The notes below the pieces were generated by a model, which was given only the letters and a program-made list of their open reading frames with translations, ran no database searches and was not told the origin of the DNA. Below are positions 19,719 to 30,953 of a stretch of DNA of 64,000 nucleotides, one piece after another; positions within the stretch are counted from its first letter, which is position 1, and each line of letters begins with the position of its first letter. The position numbers and the translations under genes were made by a program. The stretch is from Ruminococcus sp. (lineage in GTDB: Bacteria > Bacillota > Clostridia > Oscillospirales > Ruminococcaceae): the NCBI RefSeq assembly GCF_017650195.1, contig NZ_JAGCFH010000102.1, positions 40,845 to 104,844 of the forward strand, read 5' to 3'.

Positions 19719-20690
19719 TTACTTTGAGCTCTTTTTCTTTGCATCGGATTTGTTCTTCCACCATGACCATGTTACAGGTGCAACGAAGAGTGAGGAGAAC
19801 GTACCTGAGATAAGACCCATCATAAGCGGTACAGAGAAGCTGAGCAGCGACTTGTAGCCTGTTGCCAGAACAACAATAGTGATGACGAGCATAGTACCGA
19901 TAGTTGTGATAGATGTTCTGATAGATCTTGTAAGTGACTGTGTGCAGCTTACGTTGATAAGCTCGTTAAGTGAAGCCTTCGGCATGAGGTTGCGGTTTTC
20001 TCTGATTCTATCGTAGATAACGATAGTGTTGTTGATAGAGTAACCGAGTATAGTGAGTATAACGGCAACGATGTTGGAGTCAATGCTGAAGCCGCATACT
20101 ATAGTAGTTGTGAAGGCTACGAATATATCGAGGCAGAGTGCAAATATCGAGCATACGCCGGCTGACCAGCCGCCGATATTTCTGAATCTTATTGCGATAT
20201 ATATGATAACGATGAATGCTGCAAAGAGTACTGCGATGAAGCACTTGAGCAGGAATTCACGTCCCGATGAGGGATTAACATCATTTGAATCGTAGATAAC
20301 GAGATCGTTTGAAGCAAACTTCTCTCTGAGAGCTGATGTGAGCTCTGTCTGTCTGTCGGCTGTAAGTCCTTGATCTGAGGTAAAGGAGATTGTTACCTGT
20401 TTTCCGCCTGAGTCAAGGCTCTCACCTGTTCTTACCGTAACTGTCGAGCCTACGATATCTTTTACAGCATCTGCGACCTCATTGGTGTTGATGTCGCCTT
20501 GATAGGTGTAGGTTATAAGGGTACCGCCCTTGAACTCGATAGCGAGGTGGATACCCCTGATTATTGCAGCGCCGATGAATACTAAAAGTACCGCTATGAC
20601 AACGCCGAGGATAAGTTTTTTCTTGGAACAGAAGTTATAAACCTTTGCGGGAGTGCTTACGCTTTCCTTCTGAGTATTTTTCTTGCTCAT
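19719..20690 (-). CDS. secF: Protein translocase subunit SecF
   Basis: IEFKGGT, LTILGYSINNTIVIYDRIREN, GTFSSLFVA. Confidence 0.95.
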   Translation of the reverse strand: MSKKNTQKESVSTPAKVYNFCSKKKLILGVVIAVLLVFIGAAIIRGIHLAIEFKGGTLITYTYQGDINTNEVADAVKDIVGSTVTVRTGESLDSGGKQVTISFTSDQGLTADRQTELTSALREKFASNDLVIYDSNDVNPSSGREFLLKCFIAVLFAAFIVIIYIAIRFRNIGGWSAGVCSIFALCLDIFVAFTTTIVCGFSIDSNIVAVILTILGYSINNTIVIYDRIRENRNLMPKASLNELINVSCTQSLTRSIRTSITTIGTMLVITIVVLATGYKSLLSFSVPLMMGLISGTFSSLFVAPVTWSWWKNKSDAKKKSSK

Positions 20691-22120
20691 TTCACGTCAC
20701 CTCCGTAAAGCTTTCTGTTTTTGAAGCACTTGAACTTGGAGAGTGATGTTACCATAAGTCTTGAAGCAAATACTCCGAAGATAAAGTTGCAGATAACGCC
20801 TGCGAGCAGGGTAAATCCGAAGGAGTAAACAACGCCCTCAGCAGTAGCGCCGAATGCGAAGAATATCGTCTTGTTAAGTATCTTCGAGAAGAAGCTGTCG
20901 GGAACGCCGAAAGCTCCCATGAGGATAACGGCGATGATAACGTTTGTGATGTTGCCATCGAGGATAGCCGAGAAAGCCTTCTTGTAGGCGATCTTTATAG
21001 CGGCGTCAAGGGACTTGCCCGTTCTAAGTTCCTCCTTGATACGCTCGCCGGTAATGATATTTGCGTCAACGCCCATGCCGACTGCAAGTATGATACCTGC
21101 GATACCGGGAATAGTGAGAGTTGAGCCTTTCATGAATCCGAACCAACCTGTAACAGCTGCAAGAGAACCTGCTACCTGGCCGCAGAGTGCGATAACGGCA
21201 ACAACGCCGGGAAGTCTGTAAAGGATTATCATATATACTGCTATGCAGCAGAAAGCGATGAGAGCTGCAAGAAGTATAGCGTCGAGTGAACCCTCACCCA
21301 TTGTAGGAGATATGGTCCTGAAGCTCTTGGTCTCCATTTTGAAAGGGAGAGCACCGGAATTGATCTGGTTTGCGAGCTTTGCTGCGGTTTCTGCGGTAAA
21401 GTTACCTGTGATCTGAGCTGAGCCGTCGGTAATAGTGCTCTTTACGGTAGGAGCTGAGATCATAGTATTGTCCATCCATATGGAAATAGGTGTATCCGAG
21501 CCTGATAGCTCTGCTGTAGCGGCAGCGAATTTTTCAGAGCCTGATTGCTCGCCGTTTTCGCTGGTCTTCTTGAGCTTAAGGCTTACAACGTACTCAGCAC
21601 TTTTTCCGTCGTCTGTCGGAAGATAGCCCATCTGAGCGGATTCGATATCATCGCCGTTAATGACGAGCTCGCCTGAAGGTACGGTATTTCCGTCTTCGTC
21701 AGTAGTGGTATCTGTGCCCTTACGGAATGTCAGTTCAGCCATTTCGCCGAGCTCCTTAACAGCAGCCTCTGGGTCGAAGTTTGTTTCGCCGACCTTCCAA
21801 GGGAAACGAACGATGATTCTGTCGCTCTTAATATCGCTGTACACCTCGTTATCTGTGATACCGAGTGAAGAAAGTCTGGTCTTGATGACTTCTGTTGCGG
21901 AATCGAGCTGTGCCTGATCCGCGTCATAGTCGCCGGCAGGACCGAAGGTAACGTCAACGCCGCCCTTGATATCTATACCAAGACGGATATCGTCAACACC
22001 CTTGACATAGGTAGTTCTGTTATCGCCGAAGAGCTTGTCAATGCCCAGTATCGACGAAACAGCAAACAAAGCGATAAAAGCAACGACAATGAAGAAAGTT
22101 TTTTTGCCTGTCTTTTTCAC
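20687..22120 (-). CDS. secD: Protein translocase subunit SecD
   Basis: LGIDIKGG, LNSGALP-like INSGALP, TLTIPGIAGIILAVGMGVDAN..ERIKEE; GTG start 7 nt after AGGAGG; promoter TTGACT-17-TACAAT at 22245-22217. Confidence 0.95.
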   Translation of the reverse strand: MKKTGKKTFFIVVAFIALFAVSSILGIDKLFGDNRTTYVKGVDDIRLGIDIKGGVDVTFGPAGDYDADQAQLDSATEVIKTRLSSLGITDNEVYSDIKSDRIIVRFPWKVGETNFDPEAAVKELGEMAELTFRKGTDTTTDEDGNTVPSGELVINGDDIESAQMGYLPTDDGKSAEYVVSLKLKKTSENGEQSGSEKFAAATAELSGSDTPISIWMDNTMISAPTVKSTITDGSAQITGNFTAETAAKLANQINSGALPFKMETKSFRTISPTMGEGSLDAILLAALIAFCCIAVYMIILYRLPGVVAVIALCGQVAGSLAAVTGWFGFMKGSTLTIPGIAGIILAVGMGVDANIITGERIKEELRTGKSLDAAIKIAYKKAFSAILDGNITNVIIAVILMGAFGVPDSFFSKILNKTIFFAFGATAEGVVYSFGFTLLAGVICNFIFGVFASRLMVTSLSKFKCFKNRKLYGGDVK

Positions 22121-22353
22121 AGTCATGCCTCCTAAATATGGGGCTTTTTCCGCCTTACCGAAGCTCTTCGGAAAAGGCATGAGCCCTTATTTCCTGTCTC
22201 TTTGACAATTACATTAATTGTACTATATTTTTGCAAAAAAGTCAAGTATCTGGACTGAAAAAATCCCCATTTCAAAAATATGCACAATTAAGAACAGAAA
22301 ATTTCGGAATTATGAACAAATTAGCCGTTGAAATGAAGAGCGGCGGAATAATA

Positions 22354-22563
22354 TCAGCCCGTGCCGTCTTTAGTCAGTTTTCTGACAAAAATCGGCTTGT
22401 TTTTATCACGATACCCATACGAGCTTTTTGTGGTCAAGGAGCACATTTTTTCTATATGATACCGGCATCCATATCTTGCATTTCTGCACTTCTCCGCGCA
22501 CTCTACTATACTTCCGGGCGGTTCGCCGAAGTCTTTCCCGTTTATCTCTTCTTTGCAGATCAT
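22354..22563 (-). CDS. Possible small Cys-rich hypothetical protein
   Basis: 69-aa ORF with 5 Cys; weak RBS, start uncertain. Confidence 0.3.
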   Translation of the reverse strand: MICKEEINGKDFGEPPGSIVECAEKCRNARYGCRYHIEKMCSLTTKSSYGYRDKNKPIFVRKLTKDGTG

Positions 22564-22714
22564 GTTATAATGCTCTAAACATTTTTTATAAATGCGTCGT
22601 ACATAGCGTTTCCATAGTCATTACCCGCCTTTCCTTTAGCCGTTAGTTGTCTTCAGAAAGAAACAAATTGGGCTGCCAATGGTAGCTACAATACTACTTC
22701 CTACTTACTACTCA

Positions 22715-22744
22715 TAAAAAATGCACCCCGGGTACGGAGTGCAT
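22715..22744 (-). terminator. atp operon terminator
   Basis: ATGCAC-tccgtacccggg-GTGCAT followed by a T-run on the minus strand. Confidence 0.7.
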
Positions 22745-22750
22745 CTGATC

Positions 22751-23161
22751 TTACTTGAAATGTTTCTGTGACAGCTTAAGTCGGTTCATGGCACGGTTGA
22801 GGGCAGCCTGAGTCTCATAGTACTCCTTGATGCTCTGCTTCTGCCTGAGTCTCTCCTCGGCACGTTCCTTAGCTTCCTGAGCGCGTTTGATGTCTATCTC
22901 CTCAGGTAGCTCGCAGGTGTCTGCGAGGATTATTGACGAATCCGGCATTACCTGTATGAAGCCCTCGGATATAGCAGCGTACTTCCACACGCCGTCAACA
23001 AGGTATTTCAGCTCTCCCGTGGGGAGGGAGGTAACAAGTGGCTCATGTCCTGCCATTATACCAAGAAGACCGTCGATAGCCGTTATAACGAGGTGCTCGA
23101 CCTCTCCGCTGAAGAAAATGCGGTCTGTTGCGATTATTTCAAGGTGAAAGGTCTTTGCCAT
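22751..23161 (-). CDS. atpC: F1 ATP synthase epsilon subunit
   Basis: GLLGIMAGHEP, EEIDIKRAQEAKERAE; operon position. Confidence 0.95.
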   Translation of the reverse strand: MAKTFHLEIIATDRIFFSGEVEHLVITAIDGLLGIMAGHEPLVTSLPTGELKYLVDGVWKYAAISEGFIQVMPDSSIILADTCELPEEIDIKRAQEAKERAEERLRQKQSIKEYYETQAALNRAMNRLKLSQKHFK

Positions 23162-23175
23162 AACGGGTGCCTCCC

Positions 23176-24679
<1,504 letters not shown>

Positions 24680-24722
24680 TAGTTTTGTGTTGTTTGTGAA
24701 TGCCCTCTGGCTCCCCTATGTA

Positions 24723-25631
24723 TTATTCGCTGATAGAAGCCGCACCGCCGCAGACCTCAGTTATTTCCTGAGTGATAGCCGCCTGTCTTGCACGGTTATA
24801 GAGCAACGACAGATCCTTTATCATATCCTTTGCACTTGTTGTAGCAGCGTCCATAGCGGTCATGCGCGACTGCTGCTCGCAACAGAAGGCTTCCACCATA
24901 GCACCGTAGATTATGCCCTTGGCGTACTGAGGTATGAGGTAATTCATTACTTCCTCTGGAGAAGGCATGAAGGAAGCTTTAGGTAGCTTCTTCATAGTAC
25001 CATCGGCAGCCTTGCCGAAGTGCTTTCTCTCAAAGGGGAGAAGCCGGAGCGTTCTCGGTTCCTGAAGGCTTGAATTGACCATATCGGTATATATAAGGTA
25101 TACCTCGTCCAGCTCCATTTTCTCAAACTTATCGAGTACTAGTTCGGCTATCTCACGGGCTCTGTATAGAGTAGGATTCTGGGTGGTATAGAGGAATTCT
25201 CCGTCCACGTAAGCCTTCTTGTCGCTGCCAATACGGCGTTGAAAGTGCATTCTTCCAACTTGTCCCATGACGAAAAGGTAGCAGTTGTCGATATCTGCCG
25301 CTTCCGCAAGCTTCTGCTCGGTGTATCTGAGTATATTATGGTTATAGCTTCCGCACAGTCCCTTGTCGGCGGTAATGACGATATATCCTTTTTTTCGCTT
25401 GTCCTCAGGGATATCTTGACGCCTGTCGAAGTAGAGCTGACGGGTATGTGGGGTATGCTCCAGAACACTTTCGATTGTTGACTGGAGCTTGTAGAAGTAG
25501 GGCTCTGTAGCCTCCAGTGAACTCCTTGCCTTTTTCAGTTTTGAGGAGGACATGAGGTACATAGCATTAGTTATTTTGAGTATCTGCTGGATACTTCCGA
25601 TCCTTTCGCGGATCTCTCTCATATTGGGCAT
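24723..25631 (-). CDS. atpG: F1 ATP synthase gamma subunit
   Basis: KITNAM, TADKGLCGSYN, RMTAMDAAT, YNRARQAAITQEITEV. Confidence 0.97.
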   Translation of the reverse strand: MPNMREIRERIGSIQQILKITNAMYLMSSSKLKKARSSLEATEPYFYKLQSTIESVLEHTPHTRQLYFDRRQDIPEDKRKKGYIVITADKGLCGSYNHNILRYTEQKLAEAADIDNCYLFVMGQVGRMHFQRRIGSDKKAYVDGEFLYTTQNPTLYRAREIAELVLDKFEKMELDEVYLIYTDMVNSSLQEPRTLRLLPFERKHFGKAADGTMKKLPKASFMPSPEEVMNYLIPQYAKGIIYGAMVEAFCCEQQSRMTAMDAATTSAKDMIKDLSLLYNRARQAAITQEITEVCGGAASISE

Positions 25632-25643
25632 ATCTTTACCGCC

Positions 25644-27665
25644 TTATTCTTCAAAAGCTGTGAGTATTCTTTCGATACGCTCTGCAAGGTCGTCGTTGAG
25701 AACTTTATTCTCCTCTATCTCGGTGATGATGTCCTGACCATAGCTTCTAATGTAGTTCATAAGGTCTGTGCGGTATTCTCTCAGCTCTTCAAGGGGTATG
25801 CCTTTGAAGAAGTCATGTTGCGCCGCATAGAGGATTATGACTTGCTCGTAGTGAGGGAGTGGATTGTAAAGAGGTTGCTTGAGCAGTTCTGTAAGCATAC
25901 GTCCGTGATTGAGAAGCTCAGTTGTAGACTGATCGAGCTCCGAGGAGAACTGTGTGAATATCTCCATTTCTTTGAACTGAGCAAGGTCTATACGGAGATT
26001 TCCAGAAGCCTTCTTCATAGCCTTTGTCTGAGCTGCTCCACCTACACGGGATACGGAAAGTCCGTAGTTCACGGCAGGACGGAGACCGGAGTTGAAAAGC
26101 TCGCTTTCCAGGAATATCTGACCGTCTGTTATAGATATTACATTGGTCGGGATATAAGCGGAGATGTCACCTGCAAGAGTTTCTATTATCGGCAAAGCTG
26201 TCAACGAACCGCCGCCGTGCTCGTCGTCAAGACGGCTGGAGCGTTCAAGAAGTCTCGAATGAAGATAGAAAACGTCACCGGGATATGCTTCACGTCCCGG
26301 AGGACGATGGAGCAGAAGTGACATGGCTCTGTAAGCTACGGCGTGCTTGGAGAGATCGTCGTAAATTATGAGTACGTCCTTGCCCTTTGACATGAAATAT
26401 TCTGCTATAGCAGTTCCCGAATAAGGAGCTATATACTGGAACGGCGCAGGGTCACTGGCAGATGCGCAAACAACTACGGAGTAATCCATAGCACCGTACT
26501 TTTTAAGGGTATTTACTATCTGTGCAACGGTGGAGGACTTCTGACCTATGGCAACATAAATACAGATAACGTCCTGTTCCTTCTGGTTTATGATAGTATC
26601 AACGGCAATGGAGGTCTTTCCAGTCTGACGGTCGCCGATTATGAGCTCACGCTGACCTCTGCCAATAGGGAACATCGAGTCTATGGCAAGTATGCCTGTC
26701 TGTAGCGGTACGCTTACAGGTTTACGCTCGATAACACCTGGAGCCTCGCGCTCTATGGGGAAATAGTCCTCTGACTTTATCTGCCCGAGGCCGTCAATAG
26801 GCGCACCGAGAGCATCAACTACTCGTCCGAGAAGCTCGTCGCTCACGCCGATACCAGCTCTCTTACCCGTTCTGATAACGGAGGAGCCCTCCGTAAGTCC
26901 GTGGTCGTCGCCGAGGAGAACTACTCCTACTGTCTTTTCCTCGAGGTTCTGAACTATACCGCGTATACCTGTCTCAAACTCAACAAGCTCGCCATACATT
27001 ACTGAATTCATTCCGCGTACCCTTGCGATGCCGTCGCCGAGACGAGTGACGAAGCCAGTCTGTGTAGCTCCTGATTTTACGTCAAAGTCGCGCACCTCGG
27101 TCTTGAGCACAGAGATTATATCGCTGTTTTTGCTTTTTGATATTGAGCCGACATATTCCGTAGCTTTATTCTGGAGTGTGTCCTTCATAAGTCTTAGGCT
27201 TGTACGGTAGCTCTTGTCGTATTCAAGGTCGCCGGCGTTGAGTATGAAACCGCCTATGATATCGGGATCGTGCTTATACTCTATATCAACATCTTCTTTG
27301 ACAAATCTGTCCATGATAAACTGTCTCAAGTCAGCCTGCTGTGACTCCGTAAGGGGAGTAACATAGCGTACCACAGCCTTTATACTGCCCTGCTTGTCAA
27401 GAAGTATACTGTCGTATTCGTCAAGTATCTCGCCTATTCGCTCAATAGCTCCACCGCGTACAGCGTTCATCATGAACTTCTGCATTGATTCGGGGAAGAG
27501 CTTACTTATAACGGCTCTTTTCTCGTCGTGGGTCACGAGGGGATTTGAAAGTGTATCCGCAAGGTCGGGACAGGTCTCGAGTACCTTCCTTGTGTCGGAG
27601 CAGTCGGTCTGGGAAACTTCAAGATGGACGAGCTCTTTCAGTAATTCTCTGTCTGCGTCGTTCAT
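25644..27665 (-). CDS. atpA: F1 ATP synthase alpha subunit with an N-terminally fused delta subunit (atpH-atpA fusion)
   Basis: Residues ~1-165 are delta/OSCP-like ([35 protein letters not shown]). The remainder is alpha ([43 protein letters not shown]). Confidence 0.95.
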   Translation of the reverse strand: MNDADRELLKELVHLEVSQTDCSDTRKVLETCPDLADTLSNPLVTHDEKRAVISKLFPESMQKFMMNAVRGGAIERIGEILDEYDSILLDKQGSIKAVVRYVTPLTESQQADLRQFIMDRFVKEDVDIEYKHDPDIIGGFILNAGDLEYDKSYRTSLRLMKDTLQNKATEYVGSISKSKNSDIISVLKTEVRDFDVKSGATQTGFVTRLGDGIARVRGMNSVMYGELVEFETGIRGIVQNLEEKTVGVVLLGDDHGLTEGSSVIRTGKRAGIGVSDELLGRVVDALGAPIDGLGQIKSEDYFPIEREAPGVIERKPVSVPLQTGILAIDSMFPIGRGQRELIIGDRQTGKTSIAVDTIINQKEQDVICIYVAIGQKSSTVAQIVNTLKKYGAMDYSVVVCASASDPAPFQYIAPYSGTAIAEYFMSKGKDVLIIYDDLSKHAVAYRAMSLLLHRPPGREAYPGDVFYLHSRLLERSSRLDDEHGGGSLTALPIIETLAGDISAYIPTNVISITDGQIFLESELFNSGLRPAVNYGLSVSRVGGAAQTKAMKKASGNLRIDLAQFKEMEIFTQFSSELDQSTTELLNHGRMLTELLKQPLYNPLPHYEQVIILYAAQHDFFKGIPLEELREYRTDLMNYIRSYGQDIITEIEENKVLNDDLAERIERILTAFEE

Positions 27666-28150
27666 TTCTTACCCTCCTCCTCGGAAAGGAACTTGTCCAC
27701 GAGACGGCGGTTCTTTTCGTCGTCTACGTTTTCACCGATGATCTTTGAAGCCGCTTCTATGGCGAGGTCTGCAATCTCAGACTGAGCCTGACGCAGAACG
27801 CGCTTTCTCTCGTTTTCGATTGTCTTGTCAGCGTCTGCGACTATCTTTTCAGCTTCCTCCTGAGATTTCCTTATTATGGCAGTTCTCTCGTTTTCGGCGT
27901 CCTCATGGGCTTTCATTATGATCTGGTTAGCCTTTGCCTTGGCGTCACTGATTGAGTTCTCATACTGCTGACGGAGCTCTTCCGCTTCTTCCTTTGCCTT
28001 TTCGGCGGAATCCAGGTTATCCTGTATAGTACGGGTGCGGTCGTCCCTGATCTTGTTTAAAGGTTTGAAAAGGAATATCCTCAGGAGCACAAACAGTATC
28101 AGGACGTTTGCAACAGCCTCGAAGATGCTCCAGAATTCAAATTTAAGCAT
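27662..28150 (-). CDS. atpF: Fo ATP synthase subunit b
   Basis: N-terminal TM, FLFKPL, long charged coiled coil, [10 protein letters not shown]. Confidence 0.93.
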   Translation of the reverse strand: MLKFEFWSIFEAVANVLILFVLLRIFLFKPLNKIRDDRTRTIQDNLDSAEKAKEEAEELRQQYENSISDAKAKANQIIMKAHEDAENERTAIIRKSQEEAEKIVADADKTIENERKRVLRQAQSEIADLAIEAASKIIGENVDDEKNRRLVDKFLSEEEGKK

Positions 28151-28179
28151 TTTATGCCCTCCTTAGGTCTGATTGCTTA

Positions 28180-28398
28180 TTATGCTTTGCCTATGATCAT
28201 TATCGCAATAACAAAACCATAGATAGCGGTAGCCTCTGCGAGAGCACAGCCAAGCAGGAGAGCTGTTCTGATGTCGCCCTTTGCTTCGGGCTGACGGGCG
28301 ATAGATTCTGTAGCCTTAGCAGTAGCGATACCTATGCCGATACCAGCGCCTGCGCCTGTAAGAACGGCGATAGCAGCGCCAAGTGCGATGAGTCCCAT
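28180..28398 (-). CDS. atpE: Fo ATP synthase subunit c, copy 2
   Basis: GxGxGxG, ARQPE loop, LAEATAIY; GGAGG RBS. Confidence 0.96.
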   Translation of the reverse strand: MGLIALGAAIAVLTGAGAGIGIGIATAKATESIARQPEAKGDIRTALLLGCALAEATAIYGFVIAIMIIGKA

Positions 28399-28421
28399 AA
28401 TAATATCCTCCCTTGTATGTA

Positions 28422-28640
28422 TTATGCTTTACCTATTATCATGATAGCAATAACGAAACCGTAGATAGCAGTAGCCTCTGCTAGGGCACAACCAAGCAGG
28501 AGAGCTGTTCTGATATCTCCTTTAGCCTCAGGCTGACGAGCGATAGATTCCGTAGCCTTAGCAGTAGCAATACCTATGCCGATACCAGCGCCCGCGCCTG
28601 TAAGAACGGCGATAGCAGCGCCAAGTGCGATGAGTCCCAT
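28422..28640 (-). CDS. atpE: Fo ATP synthase subunit c, copy 1
   Basis: Protein identical to copy 2; has its own GGAGG RBS. Confidence 0.96.
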   Translation of the reverse strand: MGLIALGAAIAVLTGAGAGIGIGIATAKATESIARQPEAKGDIRTALLLGCALAEATAIYGFVIAIMIIGKA

Positions 28641-28665
28641 AATTTATACCTCCATGAAGTTGAGT

Positions 28666-29328
28666 TTATTCTTCTTCCATGGCTTCAGCCATATAAAGAG
28701 AAGTAAGGAATACGAATACATAAGCCTGTAGAAGTCCGTCGAAAATGTCAAAGTAAGCGCTTGCTATAACAGGCACGCCTATTGCTGCAATCCCCTTTTT
28801 TACAAGCTCCATAACGACGAAGGCTCCGAGTACGTTACCGAAAAGTCGCATACAAAGCGACAGCGGTCTTGTCACAAGGTCAAGCAAGTTTATAGGGTTA
28901 AGGAAGCTTTTCAGCCATTTAAGTGGACCTTTTTCTATTATAAATGACAGTTGAACAAAGATTATAGCCATGCCAGCTAAAGCTGCTGTGACGTTTACAT
29001 CCTTTGTGGGCGGAACAAAACCGAATAAGCCTATGATATTGGCAAATGCTATGTAAATTATCAGTGTTTCAAGAAAAGGCAAGTACTTTTTTCCCTTATG
29101 ACCGAGGATGCCAAGAAAGAAATTATCCAGCCAGTCCATTATCCCTTCCAGTATGCACTGAGAGCCAGTAGGCACTTTTTTCATCTTGCGCGTGAGTATT
29201 ATGGACAGCAGAACTAATGCTCCCATTATTATCCATGTGACAACACATGATTCGGCAATAGGTATCCCTCCGAAAATCGGTATGGTAAAAGCCGTTTTTG
29301 CTTCCAGCTCTTCCATGAGATTGTCCAT
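28666..29328 (-). CDS. atpB: Fo ATP synthase subunit a
   Basis: PPTKD, RPLSLCMRLFGN, LQAYVFVFLT; start MDNLME after AAGGTG. Confidence 0.95.
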   Translation of the reverse strand: MDNLMEELEAKTAFTIPIFGGIPIAESCVVTWIIMGALVLLSIILTRKMKKVPTGSQCILEGIMDWLDNFFLGILGHKGKKYLPFLETLIIYIAFANIIGLFGFVPPTKDVNVTAALAGMAIIFVQLSFIIEKGPLKWLKSFLNPINLLDLVTRPLSLCMRLFGNVLGAFVVMELVKKGIAAIGVPVIASAYFDIFDGLLQAYVFVFLTSLYMAEAMEEE

Positions 29329-29360
29329 TATAACACCTTCTTTCCTGCGTGACTGCGCCA

Positions 29361-29402
29361 AATAATAATAAAACGGAGACTGCAATTACACAAATCTCCG
29401 TT
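29361..29402 (-). terminator. Intrinsic-terminator-like hairpin inside the atp leader
   Basis: AACGGAGA-N15-TCTCCGTT followed by TTATTATTATTT, about 40 nt before the atpB start. Confidence 0.65.
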
Positions 29403-29479
29403 GATTGAGTCTTGATAAGGTACAGATATATGTCCGTCGGACTTTTTCAAGCTGAGGGGAATATCCTGTCCACTTATAT

Positions 29480-29508
29480 ATAATATAACAAAATTGATAT
29501 GTTGTCAA
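29480..29508 (-). promoter_or_regulatory. Sigma-A promoter upstream of atpB
   Basis: TTGACA-17 nt-TATTAT. Confidence 0.7.
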
Positions 29509-29541
29509 GACTTTGAGAAAAATTTCACATTAAAAATGTTA

Positions 29542-29877
29542 TTATTTTCCGTCACTGTCGGCGAGCTTAAGAGCACGGTCTATACGTTCTATAGCTCCGG
29601 AATTGAGCTTTTCCGCAAGCCGGACGCGGTCTATCTCCTTTTTGAAAGAGTTCAGCTCGTCAGCTATGCGGCGCAGCACCTCGGCGGTCTTTACCTGCTG
29701 ATCCTCCAAAGCGCAGACGCGCTTTATGAGAGCGTTTATATTTGTGGCGAGTAGCTCGTTGGCGTTGTTCTGATTATCTCCAAATTCCGTCAGCTTTTCG
29801 CCTGCCTTAAGGGTACTTATCTTTTCATGTCCGGTAAAGGTAAGCATTTTATCTTTTGTCAGCTTCATATCAGACAT
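29542..29877 (-). CDS. Hypothetical coiled-coil protein, last gene of the glycan cluster
   Basis: Heptad-rich C-terminal half; AAGGAG RBS. Confidence 0.65.
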   Translation of the reverse strand: MSDMKLTKDKMLTFTGHEKISTLKAGEKLTEFGDNQNNANELLATNINALIKRVCALEDQQVKTAEVLRRIADELNSFKKEIDRVRLAEKLNSGAIERIDRALKLADSDGK

Positions 29878-29960
29878 TTTGTTCACTCCTTTTGTTCAGT
29901 TGAGAGTCGATGTGTCGCCTTGCGGCGTTAATATCACAATTTGCTAGCTTTGGCAGCTTT

Positions 29961-30923
29961 TCATGTGCCAAGTGACAATCCGTAAGCCATAAGCTTTTCA
30001 CGCCAGAAGTTCAGCGTATCCTCTACGGTCTGCTCCATGCTTATCTCTGCACGCCAGCCGGTATCGTCGAGTATCAGTGAAACATCGGGCTCTATTATAG
30101 GTATATCCGAAGCTCTCATGCGGTTGGGATCCTGTTTTACTTCTATTGGCAGCTTTGCGAAGGAAAGGGCAGTATCCAGTATGTACTGTATCGTCACAGA
30201 CTTGCCTCTGCCTACGTTGTACACGGCTCCACTCCTGCCCTTTTCACCGAGGAGACGGTAAGCTTTTACAACGTCCCTGACGTCAGTGAAATCGCGCATA
30301 GCCGTGAGATTTCCCACGCTTATAACGGGCTCACGAATACCCTTTTCTATTTCTGCTATCTGTTTGCAGAAATCAGAGATAACGAAGATATCGCTCTGAC
30401 GCGGTCCAGAATGGTTGAAAGCCCTAACCATTACGATGTCCATTTTGTAGGCATGGGCATATATTTCGCCAATCATGCCCTGACAAGCCTTTGTGGCGGC
30501 GTAGATATTGCCGGGATTGAGGGGCTCCGACTCCTTAAGCGGACAGGCTCCCTCGCGGATATAGCCGTATTCCTCGCCGGATCCTATGAGAAGTGTCCTT
30601 ATATCCTTTTTTTTGGCTTCACGGAGCGCTTCCAGCACATTTATAGTACCGATTATATTTATCTCCGCAGTGAGCTGCGGCTTTTTCCATGATACTGACA
30701 CCGAGCTTTGTGCAGCAAGATGATACACCACATCGGGAGCGTTTTCGTCAAGTATCTGTGATATATCGTCTTTGTTCATTATATCGAGCACGTGGGTGCC
30801 GCATTTTTCGGTTATTGTCTCATTCGGCAGACAGGTAGCGTGGACCTCCCAGCCTGCGAAGGCGAGTTCGCGGATAAGATAAGCTCCTACGAAGCCTGCC
30901 GCGCCGATTATCAATGCTTTCAA
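29961..30923 (-). CDS. rmd: GDP-4-dehydro-6-deoxy-D-mannose reductase (GDP-D-rhamnose synthesis), SDR family
   Basis: GAAGFVG, HLAAQSSV, GSGEEYG, YAATK, RAFNHSGPRQ..DFCKQIAEIE, typical of Rmd; gmd is in the same cluster. Confidence 0.75.
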   Translation of the reverse strand: MKALIIGAAGFVGAYLIRELAFAGWEVHATCLPNETITEKCGTHVLDIMNKDDISQILDENAPDVVYHLAAQSSVSVSWKKPQLTAEINIIGTINVLEALREAKKKDIRTLLIGSGEEYGYIREGACPLKESEPLNPGNIYAATKACQGMIGEIYAHAYKMDIVMVRAFNHSGPRQSDIFVISDFCKQIAEIEKGIREPVISVGNLTAMRDFTDVRDVVKAYRLLGEKGRSGAVYNVGRGKSVTIQYILDTALSFAKLPIEVKQDPNRMRASDIPIIEPDVSLILDDTGWRAEISMEQTVEDTLNFWREKLMAYGLSLGT

Positions 30924-30953
30924 GTGTCTGCCCTCCATTATCAAGAAGTTGTA

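Noticed and set aside
22354-22563. Possible SCIFF (ScfA) ranthipeptide precursor, given the usual position upstream of secD
   Set aside because: It lacks the CxxCxxxCxxxCxxxC pattern and there is no adjacent radical SAM maturase.
28180-28640. atpE duplication as a simple assembly repeat
   Set aside because: About 20 synonymous differences and distinct RBS spacers show two different sequences.
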